Positions 51,585 through 64,000 of a DNA stretch of 64,000 bases are shown here, one piece after another. Position numbers and translations under genes: made by a program. The stretch covers positions 110,794,001-110,858,000 of the forward strand of contig NC_042999.1 of NCBI RefSeq assembly GCF_006345805.1, given 5' to 3'. The notes under the pieces are model-generated. The model was not told where the DNA came from and searched no databases. It saw only the letters and a program-made list of their open reading frames with translations. Position 1 is the stretch's first letter. Each line of letters opens with the position of its first letter. The stretch is from Octopus sinensis (Eukaryota).

Positions 51585-52439
51585 TATATAAATGTCTTTT
51601 AGACATGGCTGCAAAGATGAGAGGTTTTTTTCTAACCATGGATTATGCTCCACGTGGTTTTCAGGTTCAATCCCACAGTATGGCATCTTGAATTTGGCTG
51701 ACAGAAAACTCATGTAGAAGCCCATTGCCCATAATCATTTCCTCAGTAGAATTTGAACTCACAATGTAAAGATGGACAAGATGCCACTAAGTAATTTAGT
51801 CCGGCATGCTAATGGTTTTACCAGGTCACCACATTCACAAAACTATTAATATAGATTACAGTTTTTATAGTAGACTATGGATAGCAAAAATCTAAATGGA
51901 ATTTGATGAAGGAAGAAAACCTCAATTTAACCATTTTATATAAGACAAGAATCTTACTGAAAACGACAGAAAGATAAATAAAATTTGCAAATATGAATAA
52001 ATATGCCATACAGCGGACATTAATTCTAACATTTTTCACAAGGGACTTTGCAAAAAATAATAATGAATATATGCAAATTTTATTTATTGATTATCAAATA
52101 TAAGTATTCTTGGACTCTGATTTTTCTTTTCAGCAGACTTAACCTATTTGAGTGTAGATATTTTGGTGATACTGAGACTAATTTTTAACATACACATCAT
52201 CTTTTATTTAGAATAAAAAGAAAATGAAAACTGCATTAGAAGTCAAAATTATTTTATTTTTTACCTTTCTTATTGGTATGCCTAACCTTATAATAGGAAT
52301 ATCAATGGTCATTATATTGAAAAAGGAGGATGTAATTTCTTAGCAACAAAATCAGTTACCTGCTTCCCAACTGAAGTGATTTACTCCACAACTACACCAG
52401 GGTTGGATTTAGACTGAATGATAAAAAAGTAAACCTTAT

Positions 52440-52680
52440 TGAGTCATGCAAACCCATAAGGGCTGGTTTCCCAGTTACCATGGTGTATAAATTCCCTACC
52501 TGAACAGGACATCGGTCCATCACAGGATTACTTATTTTTGCCAGCTGAGTGGACTGGAGAAATGTGAAATAAAGTGTTTTGCTCAAAATCACAATGCAGC
52601 ACTCAGTCCAGGAATTGGAATCGCATTCTTACAATCATGAGTCCAACATCCTAACTACTAAGCCATGCACCTCCACAGAC
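52440..52680 (-). mobile_element. SINE family E
   Basis: Reverse complement of 25457-25690. Confidence 0.8.
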
Positions 52681-53758
52681 CAAGTGGTGACTCTGGGCCA
52701 ATAAGTTTTTGGAGCCCCTATGCTTCTGATGATTCAAAACATAATAAGATGCAAAAGACAACCTCAGTAGGTTCAGAAGGACTCAAGAAAATTTAGGATG
52801 AAAGACAAAAATCAATATTGGTGAAATTTGAACCCAGATCATTGTAAAGAAGGATGAAATGCTACTAAGCATGCTAATGATTCTTCCAGCTCACCGCATT
52901 AGAGCTAGAACAAATATTAGAATCCATTCTGTTGGATTAGCTAACAATTCACATCCCCAAATCTTTTTTTTTTTCTTTCAATATAAATCTGAAATTTTGT
53001 TCCAGCCTTGTAAGAAATTATCATTATGAGTTTGACATCACACATTTGAGAACATGACATTGACATGTAGTTCTTCACACCTTAAAGAGAATAATGAACA
53101 TGTCTGTTACATTGGCAAATGATAACCTCTTTCATTAGCTTGGTTCATCTGAAAAGATATGTTATATTGCCACATCTTGACTTAACATAGCTGCATTACA
53201 TCAAAATTAATCTAAAGTAATTCATATCTCGGACCTTGGCATCTCAAGCATCTGGTTTCTTTAAAACTCTCCAAGTCACCAAGTAAGGTTAGCATTTATT
53301 TTATCTATTGCAAAGAAGATTAAGATGGGTTGAATCACTCTTAGAAGAATTTGAACTCTAAAACATTCAGACAGCAAAATATTTATCTGCAACTACCAAT
53401 TCCTTCCACTTTTATCTCTAAACTCCTTTGTCTCTTCATAATCAACTTATAATATCTCAGGAGGTGGTCCCTTTGTCTCTGATGCTTTCCTGACAAATGG
53501 TTATGATGTCTTCACATTTCAATGTCTTTAAATGTCAGACATGAGATGGCAATAATGATGGTTAATATCAACAACAATAACAACTACTACAACAACAATC
53601 ATAGGAATACACCGGCAGAAGAAGCAACAGCAAGAACATCAATATTTGTGGTATGAGCAGTAACAGCAGCAACATTAATGAAAACAATAATTATGAAAGT
53701 GTGCATATGTATGTGCAAATTTGTGTTGTATGTATGTGAGTGTATGTGTATGAATGTA

Positions 53759-53793
<35 letters not shown>

Positions 53794-54418
53794 CCGCATG
53801 CAAAAACAAACAAAACAACAAGCAACATTAACAACAACAATAATAGCTACAACAGAAACAACTGCAAACAAGAGATGCAACAACAACAATAACAGCAACA
53901 AATTAGAGTATAGCAGAGAGAGTAATGACAACCCCAAGAACTACAGCAACATCGTCATCATCATCATCATCATCATCATAATCGTCGTCATCGTCGTCGT
54001 CATCATCATCATCATCATCATCAACAACAACAACAGCAGCAGTAGCATCAAGAGAAAGAAAAATGACAATAACAATAGGCATAATGATGATATATAAGAT
54101 CTTATCTTAAAAGAGGTAAAAATTTCCACCAATTACAGCAATCAAGACTTTATTCATGGAAATAACAAGAATTTGATGACAACATCAGTAATTTCTCCCT
54201 GATAGTTCGCAGCAGCATTCGTCAACGATGTTGTCGATGGTGCAGTTGTAGAACTAGACTGAATAAATAAAATAAAGATAATTCCTGTTTCTTTCATCTT
54301 AGATTAACATTCATCTTTCATTTAAAAAGGTAAAAAAATTTTTTTAAATGGGAAGAAAGTAAAGTAAGGCACTTTATACTGGAAATTGACAGCAATAATA
54401 GATAGAGGAGATGGAAGG

Positions 54419-54514
<96 letters not shown>

Positions 54515-54606
54515 GCAACAACAATGAGTAGATATAATAAAACAGCACTGGATACAATTCAACCAACAAAAATTGTTTAACTTATGCTTATGTTTAATTT
54601 TTTTTT

Positions 54607-54637
<31 letters not shown>

Positions 54638-54647
54638 TAATAATAAC

Positions 54648-54679
<32 letters not shown>

Positions 54680-54683
<4 letters not shown>

Positions 54684-55003
54684 CCTCTCTACTAAAGGCA
54701 CAATGCCTGATATTTTGAGGGAGAGGGACCAGTCGATTACTTCATTTATCAACCCTGAAAGGATGAAAGGCAAAGTTGATCTCAGTGGTATTTGAACCCA
54801 GAACATGAAGACAGACAAAATACTACTAACCAGGAAAAATTTCATCTGTCTTCGTATTCTGGGTTCAAATTCTGCTGAGGCCGACTTTGCCTTTCATCAT
54901 TTCGGGGTCAATAAATTAAGAAACCAGTGAAACACTGGGGTTGATTACATCAACTAGTCCCCCTCCCACCAAAATATCAGGCCTTGTGCCTTTTGTAGAA
55001 AGG

Positions 55004-55010
<7 letters not shown>
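54680..55010. mobile_element. Head-to-head inverted pair of SINE family B
   Basis: Minus copy 54680-54830 and plus copy 54835-55010, flanked by (AAT)n on the left and (ATT)n on the right. Confidence 0.85.
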
Positions 55011-55042
<32 letters not shown>

Positions 55043-55164
55043 GTAACAAAAAATTAATCATAGATATAAACAAATGTTAAACAATCTTTGTTAGTTGAAT
55101 TGTATCCAGTACTGCTTTATTATATCTAATCACATACACTTTATATACATGCATATATATATGT

Positions 55165-55440
55165 GCATGTGTGCAAAGGTCCTCAAGTATTCAATTGCTT
55201 ACCCAAAGGGATTAGAAATCTAAAAGGGACCTCTACCGAAACTTTCAAAAAAGCATTGGATGTACTTCTAATGACTATACCAGACCAACCAATCATTCAA
55301 GGATACACTCTGGGGAGATCAGCAACTACAAACTCGATCATTGACCAACTTTCAATCATAAAGCAACAAAAAAGCTAAAATAAAAAATTTAAGGTTGTGC
55401 TCCAACATGGCCACAATCCAGCGACTGAAACCATTTTCAT
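55165..55440 (+). mobile_element. CR1-like LINE 3' end (ORF2 C-terminus plus 3'UTR)
   Basis: KGPQVFNCLPKGIRNLKG...FKKALD.LL..IPDQP....SNSIIDQ-type C-terminus, then a tail similar to the SINE A tail. Confidence 0.75.
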
Positions 55441-55469
55441 ATACATATATATATATGTATATATGTTCA

Positions 55470-55720
55470 GCAAAATTTAGATTCAGATGAATATGGTACT
55501 TAAGTTAAAGGCACCAGAATTTTGTATGGTATTATCCATATAAATCAAATGGGGTGATTGTATTCAAAATAAGCAAAAAGGATATCCAAGGTAGAGTAGT
55601 ACAATTGTTTCATGCTACTTCATTTTATTAAACCCTGTAAGTATTACATCAGTTTTAAAATGTTGAGCAATCTTCAGCCACATATAGAATTTTACAATTA
55701 AATGGACAATGCACATTCTT
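55470..55720 (-). mobile_element. Penelope-type pLTR remnant (family of 32000-32615)
   Basis: GATTCAGATGAAT..GGTACTTAAGTT...CAAAATAAGCAA..GGATATC is shared with 32010-32110. Confidence 0.7.
55596..55681 (-). ncRNA. Minimal hammerhead ribozyme candidate
   Basis: Minus strand: GTGG-CTGAAGA-T-TGCT...AGCA-T-GAAA-C-AATT-G-TA^CTAC. Stem I GTGG/CTAC, palindromic ACAATTGT. Confidence 0.65.
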
Positions 55721-55817
55721 ATACTTATTTCATTGCCAACATTACAAAGTGGGTAGATATATAGACAGAGAGGTTAATTTCATTATTAAGAACATGATGA
55801 TAGTATGTTCATTCTCT

Positions 55818-55958
<141 letters not shown>

Positions 55959-55979
55959 TGGTTGATATCAATGACTGGC

Positions 55980-56085
55980 TTGCAGACAGGTGAAAAGCAA
56001 AAGTCAACCTTAGCAGAATATGAACTCAGAGCTAGAAGAAATGCTGCTAAGCATTTTGTCCAGTGTGCTAACAACTCTGCCAGCT
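55980..56085 (-). mobile_element. SINE family B fragment
   Basis: GAAAAGCAAAAGTCAACC...GAACTCAGA...GCTAAGCATTT...CTGCCAGCTTG. Confidence 0.7.
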
Positions 56086-56651
56086 TGTCAACAATGGGTA
56101 AAAATAATAATACTTGTTTTAAGTTAGTAATAATAATAGCTGCTTGAAGTTTATTAATAGGCATCAGTTTGCTTCCAACTAAAAATATACGTAAGGTATG
56201 GACATTGTTGTTGCACAGACCATGTGAAATGAGGTTTGAAGTTACAAAAAGACAACTTCAAAGTCTTACAGTTTTCTTTCTTATTCAAATAAAGAATTTG
56301 ATAAATATTTGGCAAATTACCATGATGCTATGGTCTAGAAACCAACCAAATCTTGCAAAAAGAGAAAATAAGAAATGGAAAAAAGAAATTGCCATGGTTT
56401 AGATATTTTTATTTGACTAGTCTTTCAAGCCAGTCAGTTTTATAGTCAGTTATGGATGAAATTTTCTAAGAATCATAAAAAAGCCTTTCCAGAAACCTGT
56501 CCTGAATAATTGCAACAGAGTGGATCTTGCTAAAGGCACTAAAGGTAGCAGGTGGTGCTGTTAAACCAGGCGACAGGTTAGCTCTCAATACATTCGAACA
56601 TGCATGTGTATATATATATGTATATATATATATATATATAATATATATATT

Positions 56652-56753
<102 letters not shown>

Positions 56754-56937
56754 GCACACGTGTGTGTGTATAAAAGGTATGGCTGTGTGGTAAGAAGTTT
56801 GCTTCTCAACCTCATAATCCTGGGTTCAGTCCCACTGTGTGGCATCTTGGAAAAGATTTGGTAGATAGAAACTGAAAGAAGTCTATTGTATATGCATACT
56901 TACATCATATAATAAATCTATATAAATATATAAATAC

Positions 56938-57209
56938 AAGATCCAGGCTACATATGTTTCATAGAGAGCGGAACCTCAGAAGAGGTAAATATCCAAGTGA
57001 GGTGTAGACCACAGTTTACTCTTCAGTCAAGGATATCGTGATTAAATGAAACTTTACATTGTTGCAAGGTGGTACATGTTAACACATGGATATCTTTCAT
57101 TTAAGCAAGACATCCTTGGCCTGATGGGTAGCCTGTGGTATACACCTTGCTTGGATATTTATCACTTCCAAGGTTCCGTTCGCTATCAAACATATGTAGC
57201 TTGAATCTT
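56938..57209. mobile_element. Foldback / MITE-like hairpin (~270 bp)
   Basis: AGATCCAGGCTACATATGTTT...AAATATCCAAG..AGGTGTA.ACCACAG pairs with 57135-57209. The inner CAAGGATATC..TTAAATGAAA segment also pairs. Confidence 0.75.
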
Positions 57210-57554
57210 ATCTACTCCATTCCTTAACTCTAGTATTCTTATTCACTTACTCAGCAACCCTGGTTGCTTACTGTGAAATATAAAAAAAACTTTTTTCAAT
57301 TTATTGTTACTTCAATAAGGAAACAAATCCACAACCTTCCATCTCAATAAATCACTATTGTCCCTGAAAGTTGTGTTTTTATATTTACTATGGTTTGCTT
57401 GGAGATAACTTTCTTCCTACACCTTGATCCTTGAATCTTATATTTATTTATATAAGCATATAAATATATATATATATATATAGATAAGAAAGTTTGTTTG
57501 GTAAAGCACGTGGGTGAATATATAAGAAAATAGTAAATAGAAAATAGTATATAT

Positions 57555-57609
<55 letters not shown>

Positions 57610-57617
57610 TATATATA

Positions 57618-57670
<53 letters not shown>

Positions 57671-57677
57671 ATGTATA

Positions 57678-57942
57678 TGGAGGCGCAATGGCCTAGTGGT
57701 TAGGGCAGTGGACTCGCGGTCGTAGGATCGCAGTTTCGATTTCCAGACGGGCGTTGTGAGTATTTATTGAGTGAAAACACCTAAAGCTCCACGAGGCTCT
57801 GGCAGGGGGTGGTGGCGATCCCTGCTGTACTCTTTCGCCACAACTTTCTCTCACTCTTTCTTCTGTTGGCCTGCGAAGCACATTGTGACCAGCGATGTGT
57901 AACAACATCTGATAGCCTGGTCGGTCACGGTGATCACAGTGA
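57678..57942 (+). mobile_element. tRNA-derived SINE (family D head, different 3' tail)
   Basis: TGGCCTAGTGGTTAGGGCAGTGGACTCGCGG...AACACCTAAAGCTCCACGAGGCT...CTCTTTCGCCACAACTTTCTCTCAC as at 25710, then a divergent tail. Confidence 0.8.
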
Positions 57943-57945
57943 TAT

Positions 57946-57976
<31 letters not shown>

Positions 57977-58769
57977 GTTCAGATTTACAGAAAACAAACG
58001 ATGAAGATAGGTGTAGCATCAACAAGAATGTGTATTAGTTTAACACTCAGAAAAAATGGAAATGTCTTTTACATTTTGAGCCAACATTCTTCGACAGAAA
58101 GGATTAAGAGGTAAAAAAAATGGAGAGAGAAAGAAAAACATGGACAGAATTCAACGGTCCAAATGGCAAGGCATCTAGAAAAAAGAGATTGAATAAAAGG
58201 GAGATAATAATAATAATAATAACAATAAAGGTAATGGCGAACTAAGATGTGCAAGCATGTGTGTGTATGTGAGAATGGTGTGTGTGAGTGTCTATGTGTG
58301 AATGGGGGTGAGTGAGTGTGATGTGAGTGTGCACGAATGGGGAGAATGGGGTTGAGTGAGTAACATGTGTTGGTGTGTGTGTGTGAGAATGAGGCAAGTG
58401 AGTCTAATATATGTGTGTGTGTCTAAATTGTGTGTAGCAGTTGATGTCTGCTTGTTCAGGTGGTGTGTACACATGTGTATGCATGTGTATAGTGTATGTT
58501 TGTAGGTGAAAGTTATCTTTGTTTACACATGTTGCATGTGTTTATGTGTGTTACGTGTGTTTATGTGTGTGGTGTGTGTGTGTATATATTGTCTGTGTTC
58601 AGGTATTACGTGCTTGTGTGGGTGTAGGAGTGTGTATGGGTGTTTGTATAGAGGTGTGTGTGACGTGAGGATACCAAAGTAGGTGATATGCAGGTGTGTA
58701 AGTGGAGGGGGCAGTTGGATGTGTGTGAGAATCCATGTGGGGTTGGAGTCAGATGAAGAGAGGTAGTAA

Positions 58770-59330
58770 GTTAAGCCCATATAGTGTAAAAGAACAAAGG
58801 GAGAAGATTAATTCCTGTTCACAGCGAAGGTGGAAGTCCGGGTGGCCCTTGTGCAGAGACAGTCTGAACACAGACAGATGTTATAGCTAATGACCAATAG
58901 AGTGAGTGAAAGTAGCATGAGGCCAGGGTGTCATTGCTGAGTCTGATGTTTTGGAGGTGCTCGTGAACCAGTCAGCCAAGCGGCGTTCCATTTGACCAAT
59001 CTACAGGGATGGACAGAGAGAACAAGAGATGCAATAAATAACATTACTAGAGGTGCAGGTAAAGGAGACAGTGACAAGATGGGGACAGTAATGGGTGCCA
59101 GTGAGGATGGTGGTATTGGAGAGGTAGAAGCAGGTGTGACAGCATGGGTGGGAGCAAGGAAAGGAGTCAGGCTGGGAAGCAGGGGTAGGGAAGAAACTGA
59201 ACCAGGTGGTCATGCAGGTTATGGGCTCATTTGAAGGAGAGAAGTGATAAGCAAGGGAAGATGTGTTAGGTGGAGGGGTTGGACTGGAGTCACCAAAAAT
59301 CTCAGAGAAAGGTGTGCTGGAGGGGTAGGG
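58770..59330 (-). mobile_element. Penelope-like GIY-YIG endonuclease fragment, decayed
   Basis: PCSHPCCHTC...VSFTCTSSNVIYCISCSLCPSL*IGQMERRLAD...CEQELIFSL...YGLN matches the PLE linker plus EN. Confidence 0.8.
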
Positions 59331-59394
59331 TGGACAGGTGGTAGTTAAGGGATAAATGGGAGATGGGTAAGGGCAGGATGGGTGTGTATGCATG

Positions 59395-59620
59395 TTTCTT
59401 TGTGACTGTGTTTGTGCCCCACCACTGCTTGACAACTAGTGTTGGTGTGTTACATCCCGGTAACTTAGCAGTTTGGCATAAGAGACTGATAGAATAAGTA
59501 CCAGACTTAAATAAAGTATAGTTACTGGTGTCAATTTATTTGACTAACAATTCTTCAAAGCAGTGCCTCAGCATGGGCAGAATCAAATAACTGAAACAAG
59601 TAAAAGATAAAATGTAAAAG
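59395..59620 (+). mobile_element. SINE family A, 3' half
   Basis: GTTTGTGCCCACC...GATAGAATAAGTACCAG...GAAACAAGTAAAAGAT. Confidence 0.75.
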
Positions 59621-60802
59621 ATATATATATTTACATACACACACACACATAAAATTAAATAGCTGATAGACTTCATTGCATAATTTCCAATTTTTTGTCA
59701 TATTTATACTTTGAGTCTGTTTTGTATGAAACGTTTCTGAGTGCACTCATAAAAGCTCCTATGCTATTTATCCTGGTTACCACTTAATGTTCCCATCTTG
59801 CAGAGTAAATTCATGGGAAAGTTATTAGCCTGGTGCCAGTATAGTGTAGGATGAATATAGTAATAACAAGAACTTTGGATGGGAATTCATAAATTAAGGA
59901 TTTACAAATACATGGTTAATTCAAAACAATTTGTGTAAATAAGCATTACATTTCACAGAGTAATTTGAATGCTAAAGGGTTAAAGGATATTTTGCTGCTA
60001 TTTCAGGGAAAGAACAGTGACTGTGAGGAGCTTCTATGTTGGTTCACAAAGGAAATTAATGCATCAGTTGAAAGAAATCAGTGAAGAGACAAGATATTCT
60101 TGGTGGGTTTCTGTTGTATGTTGGTCAAGGAAGCTTTGTTGTCATATTAATTAATAAGTTCTAATTATTTCTCAAGTGCTTATAATAAAAAAGAAATAAA
60201 AAATTAAATGGCAATGAGTAAAAACAAGCAAAGTAATTATTTTCGCTTTGATTTTGGTAATTTGATTATAAAGAGCAATGGTCATTGCCCTTTCACGGTC
60301 TCTTAGACAAGTTAATCGGGATAATTGAAGAAGGTTATTAGTGTTAATGATTAAATTTGGAATGCCGAAGGTTAATGGTAGTGGAGAGACAAAGGGCAAG
60401 GAGGAAATCCAGTTGCAAGTAATTCTGGAGGCCAGAGGTTTGAGCAAAGGGTATAGTTTGGGAATCAGGGATTAAGTAGAGTGAGTGGTGGTGACAGGAA
60501 AAGGGGATGGCATATGCACAGTCAAGAACAGGAAGTTCAATCATCTGCAAGGAGCTTAATCAGTTCCTTAAACATTTCTTCTTCTTCTTCTTCCTCCTCC
60601 TCCTCCTCCTCCCCCTCCTCCACTACCACCACAGCTACCTCCATTATTCCATGCTGAACTCCATTTCCACAACCACTGCAGTAGTTCCAGTATCACTCCT
60701 CCCCTGGCCACTTCATCGCTCCTCCACAACCTACAACTGTTACCATAATCATGACCAATACTTTGTCACTGCTATGAGAAACACCAACACCATGCACATC
60801 AT

Positions 60803-60809
<7 letters not shown>

Positions 60810-60835
<26 letters not shown>

Positions 60836-61085
60836 CACTACCATGTCTACTGCTATGATTATAGACAATACCATCATCACAATCATAATGACGATCCCCA
60901 CCACTGACCCCATATCTTCATTCTCATCATCATCATTATCATCATCATCATCATCATCATCATCATTGCCGTCACACAACTACCATCACTACCACCATCA
61001 CCATCACCACCACCACCATCATCATTATCGTCATCATCATTATCTTCCTCATCATCATCGTCATCGCCATCATCGTTGTCATCAT
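60810..61085. repeat. Compound (ACT)n/(CAT)n/(CAC)n repeat
   Basis: Directly visible. Source of the poly-T/S/H ORF. Confidence 0.9.
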
Positions 61086-62183
61086 AATTGCTACAATCAA
61101 TCTGAAGGAAATGATATCTTGTGATTCTCAGTTATTTACCGCTCAAACTCTATTCTTTTCTTTATTACATAGCCTGATTAAGGAAGCTATTAACCCTAAT
61201 CTAAGCAGAAGCTATTATCTTCCTTGCCCCCACCCTCCACCCCGAACCTCACACAAAATGCCCACACCAAACTCGCCAACACCACCACCACCACCACCAC
61301 CACCACCACCACATCACCATCACAAAACTCATCCCAGCCTACAAAGCAATACCATGTTGCACCGTGCCAATGCCTTTCCTTGCTCACCATCCCATCCCTG
61401 CCACCTTGTACCACTACCAAAAGCTCCTGTCCACACACACACACATACACTACCACCTACCTAAACTTTTCTCTGCAGTTTTAAGGCAGAAACAAGGGAT
61501 CTAAGTAGTCAAATGGAAAATAACTTGCTTTTCAATCTCTTTACCAAATTCTATTGCAAGGAACCTTAAAGAAATACTATTGTACCACAGCTTTTTTGTT
61601 GTCGCATATTTTTTTGCTTTTTTTTTGTTTTTGGTTCTCCCTTATTTTTCTTTTCTCTTGTCTTTTCTTTGGTCTTCTTATCTTTTCCTTTTTTTTTTCT
61701 TTCCCCACTTCTCCATCATTTTGGTAAAAGAGAATTGCACAGCAATCATCTCTGAAAACGGTGAAGTTAGTTGAGGAAATGAGGAATGGTGGTAGGAGCA
61801 ATTTTCTTTGCTTTTAGGTTTTTAATGCTTGTGTGTCTTTGTATTTTGTTGCTGTTGTTGTTGTTGTTGTTGTTGTTGTTAATGATTTATTGTAATGGTA
61901 GTGTTGATGGTGTTGCTAGTTGTCTTATATTAATTTGTTCATTGTATTACAAGTTGTTTGCTCCACGCACACACACATTAATTTATATATATTCATACAT
62001 AAACATATACATATCTACCTACATATATATATATATACACACACATACATATACATACACACACACTCATATATATGTGTATATATACATATATATATGT
62101 ATATATATAATATATACGTAGATATAATATATATATATTTATATATATATATTATATATATGAGTGTATATATATATATAGAG

Positions 62184-62184
<1 letters not shown>

Positions 62185-62260
<76 letters not shown>
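62185..62260. repeat. (GATA)n microsatellite
   Basis: Directly visible. Confidence 0.95.
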
Positions 62261-62261
<1 letters not shown>

Positions 62262-62473
62262 GTGTTTCACCTTTAAACTGTTGTTTGTCTTGTTCTTGTA
62301 GTAGTTGTTGATGTTGTCTGGTGGTGGAAGTTGGGGGCAGCAGTGATGTCTTTCATCAGAAGTTCATTCTGTTGTCCTTGTTGATTAGTCAGTTGTTCTT
62401 TCATTTCATTTCATTCCATTTTATATTCTAATATTGTTGCTGTTGTTGTTATTACTACCGCACTTGTACATTT

Positions 62474-62567
<94 letters not shown>

Positions 62568-62732
62568 GAATATATGTATATATGTGTATATATGTGTGTG
62601 TGTGTGTGTGTGTGTATTTATGTATTATGCATCTATATATCTCTATATATAAATATGTATAGACATATATATATAATTATATATATGTGTACACACACAT
62701 ACATTCATATATATATACATGTATGTATAAAT

Positions 62733-62765
<33 letters not shown>

Positions 62766-64000
62766 TATAATATATATATATATATAATATAGATATAGAT
62801 ATATATACATATATATGTATATATATGGATGTGAGTGTGTGTGTGTATGTATATATGTATGTGACTTTAAATCACTGCAGCACTATTTGTTGTTATTGTT
62901 GTTATTGTTGTATATCCTTGTCTTTTTCATTTTGATGTTGTTGCTGCCGTAGTAGATTTTTCTTTTTTTTTCCCCTGTTTTTTTTTTATTTTTTATTTTT
63001 ACTTGTTTTTGTTATAGTCATACGATTTTGTTCTTGATTATGTTGTAGTGTTTGCTGTTGTTGTTGTTGTTGTTGGGTGTTGTTTTATTGTAGTCTCAAT
63101 AACCTTTCCCCATAATCCCTCACTTCTCTACCATTCTTCTTATTGTTGATCTTTGTTCAGTTTTGTTGATCTCATTGCTGTTGTTGTTGTTGTTATCTAA
63201 CCAAACTACACTGCCCTGTGCTGCCCTGCCTCATCCCGCTCCTTGACTTCACTAATCCTTTTTTATTTGTTAATTTTCTTTGGTCCTCTAATTACAGTTG
63301 CTCCTGTTGTTGTTATTGCTTCCTTCTCTATTATTTTATTACTCTTTTTTTTATTTTGTTGTTGTTTTTGTTCCTCATCTCCTTTCTTCCTTTCTTTCTC
63401 ATTTTATTGCTTTGTCAATATTACTTTTGCTTTTATATTTTTTTTTCATTAATGTATTTTTTTGTATATTTTTAGTTAGAATGTGTTTGTCTTATTGTTT
63501 TAGAGCTATTATCTGTATTGTTCTTTATATATTTTTAATCTATTTCTTTCCTGTTTCTCTCTCTCTCTTTCTACATCTTTCTTCTCCCTTCATCTCCTCC
63601 TCTCTTACTACCACCCCTTTTTTTTTTACAATCCTAATTGATAATAAATTCCTCTTGTTCATCGGAATAGTTACAGAAATAGTTACATGGCTGGTCTGTC
63701 TGCGACACAGTAATAGAGTAGAATAGGTTCGACCATATTCCTCCCATCAGCACCCCTACCACCACCACCACCACCACCACTACCATTACCAAACAAACAC
63801 TATCATCAGTACGAAAGTAAAAGTTTCAGTAATTCACCACCACCAACTGCTAAACCTTAAAAATATCAATTTCTGTCATAGACCAAGGCCAAAGATTTGG
63901 GGTTAAGAGTATAATTGATTATATCAACCCCAATAATTTGACTTGTACATTATTTTATTGGCCCCTAGACATTAAAATTAATAAACATTTATCTTAAAAT

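Noticed and set aside
60507-61464. Poly-His/Thr/Ser/Pro ORFs as a low-complexity host protein
   Set aside because: They are built from trinucleotide microsatellites that give homopolymers in all frames, with no splice context.

Overview
AT-rich, microsatellite-dense animal genomic DNA. The repeat content looks like a coleoid cephalopod, probably Octopus (inference from the SINE families, not verified). No host protein-coding exon can be supported, and nearly all supplied ORFs are translations of (TA)n, (CA)n, (GATA)n, (ATAC)n or trinucleotide repeats. The window is intergenic or intronic and packed with mobile elements: several tRNA-derived SINE families, RTE, CR1-like and RLE (R4/Dong-like) LINE 3' fragments, an intron-containing DD34E Tc1 element, a DD37D (maT-like) element, piggyBac/mariner MITEs, two non-autonomous Helitrons, and a decayed 5S rRNA copy. 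The most notable system is a young Penelope-like retroelement (19447-~21505). It has a GIY-YIG endonuclease frame between ~508-bp near-identical inverted arms, each carrying a minimal type I hammerhead ribozyme, and it sits inside the (TA)n core of a SINE. A second hammerhead-bearing repeat family (~32.5 kb, ~55.6 kb) and three more GIY-YIG remnants make the window a Penelope/ribozyme hotspot. It also holds several foldback/palindromic structures and two near-perfect tandem duplications.
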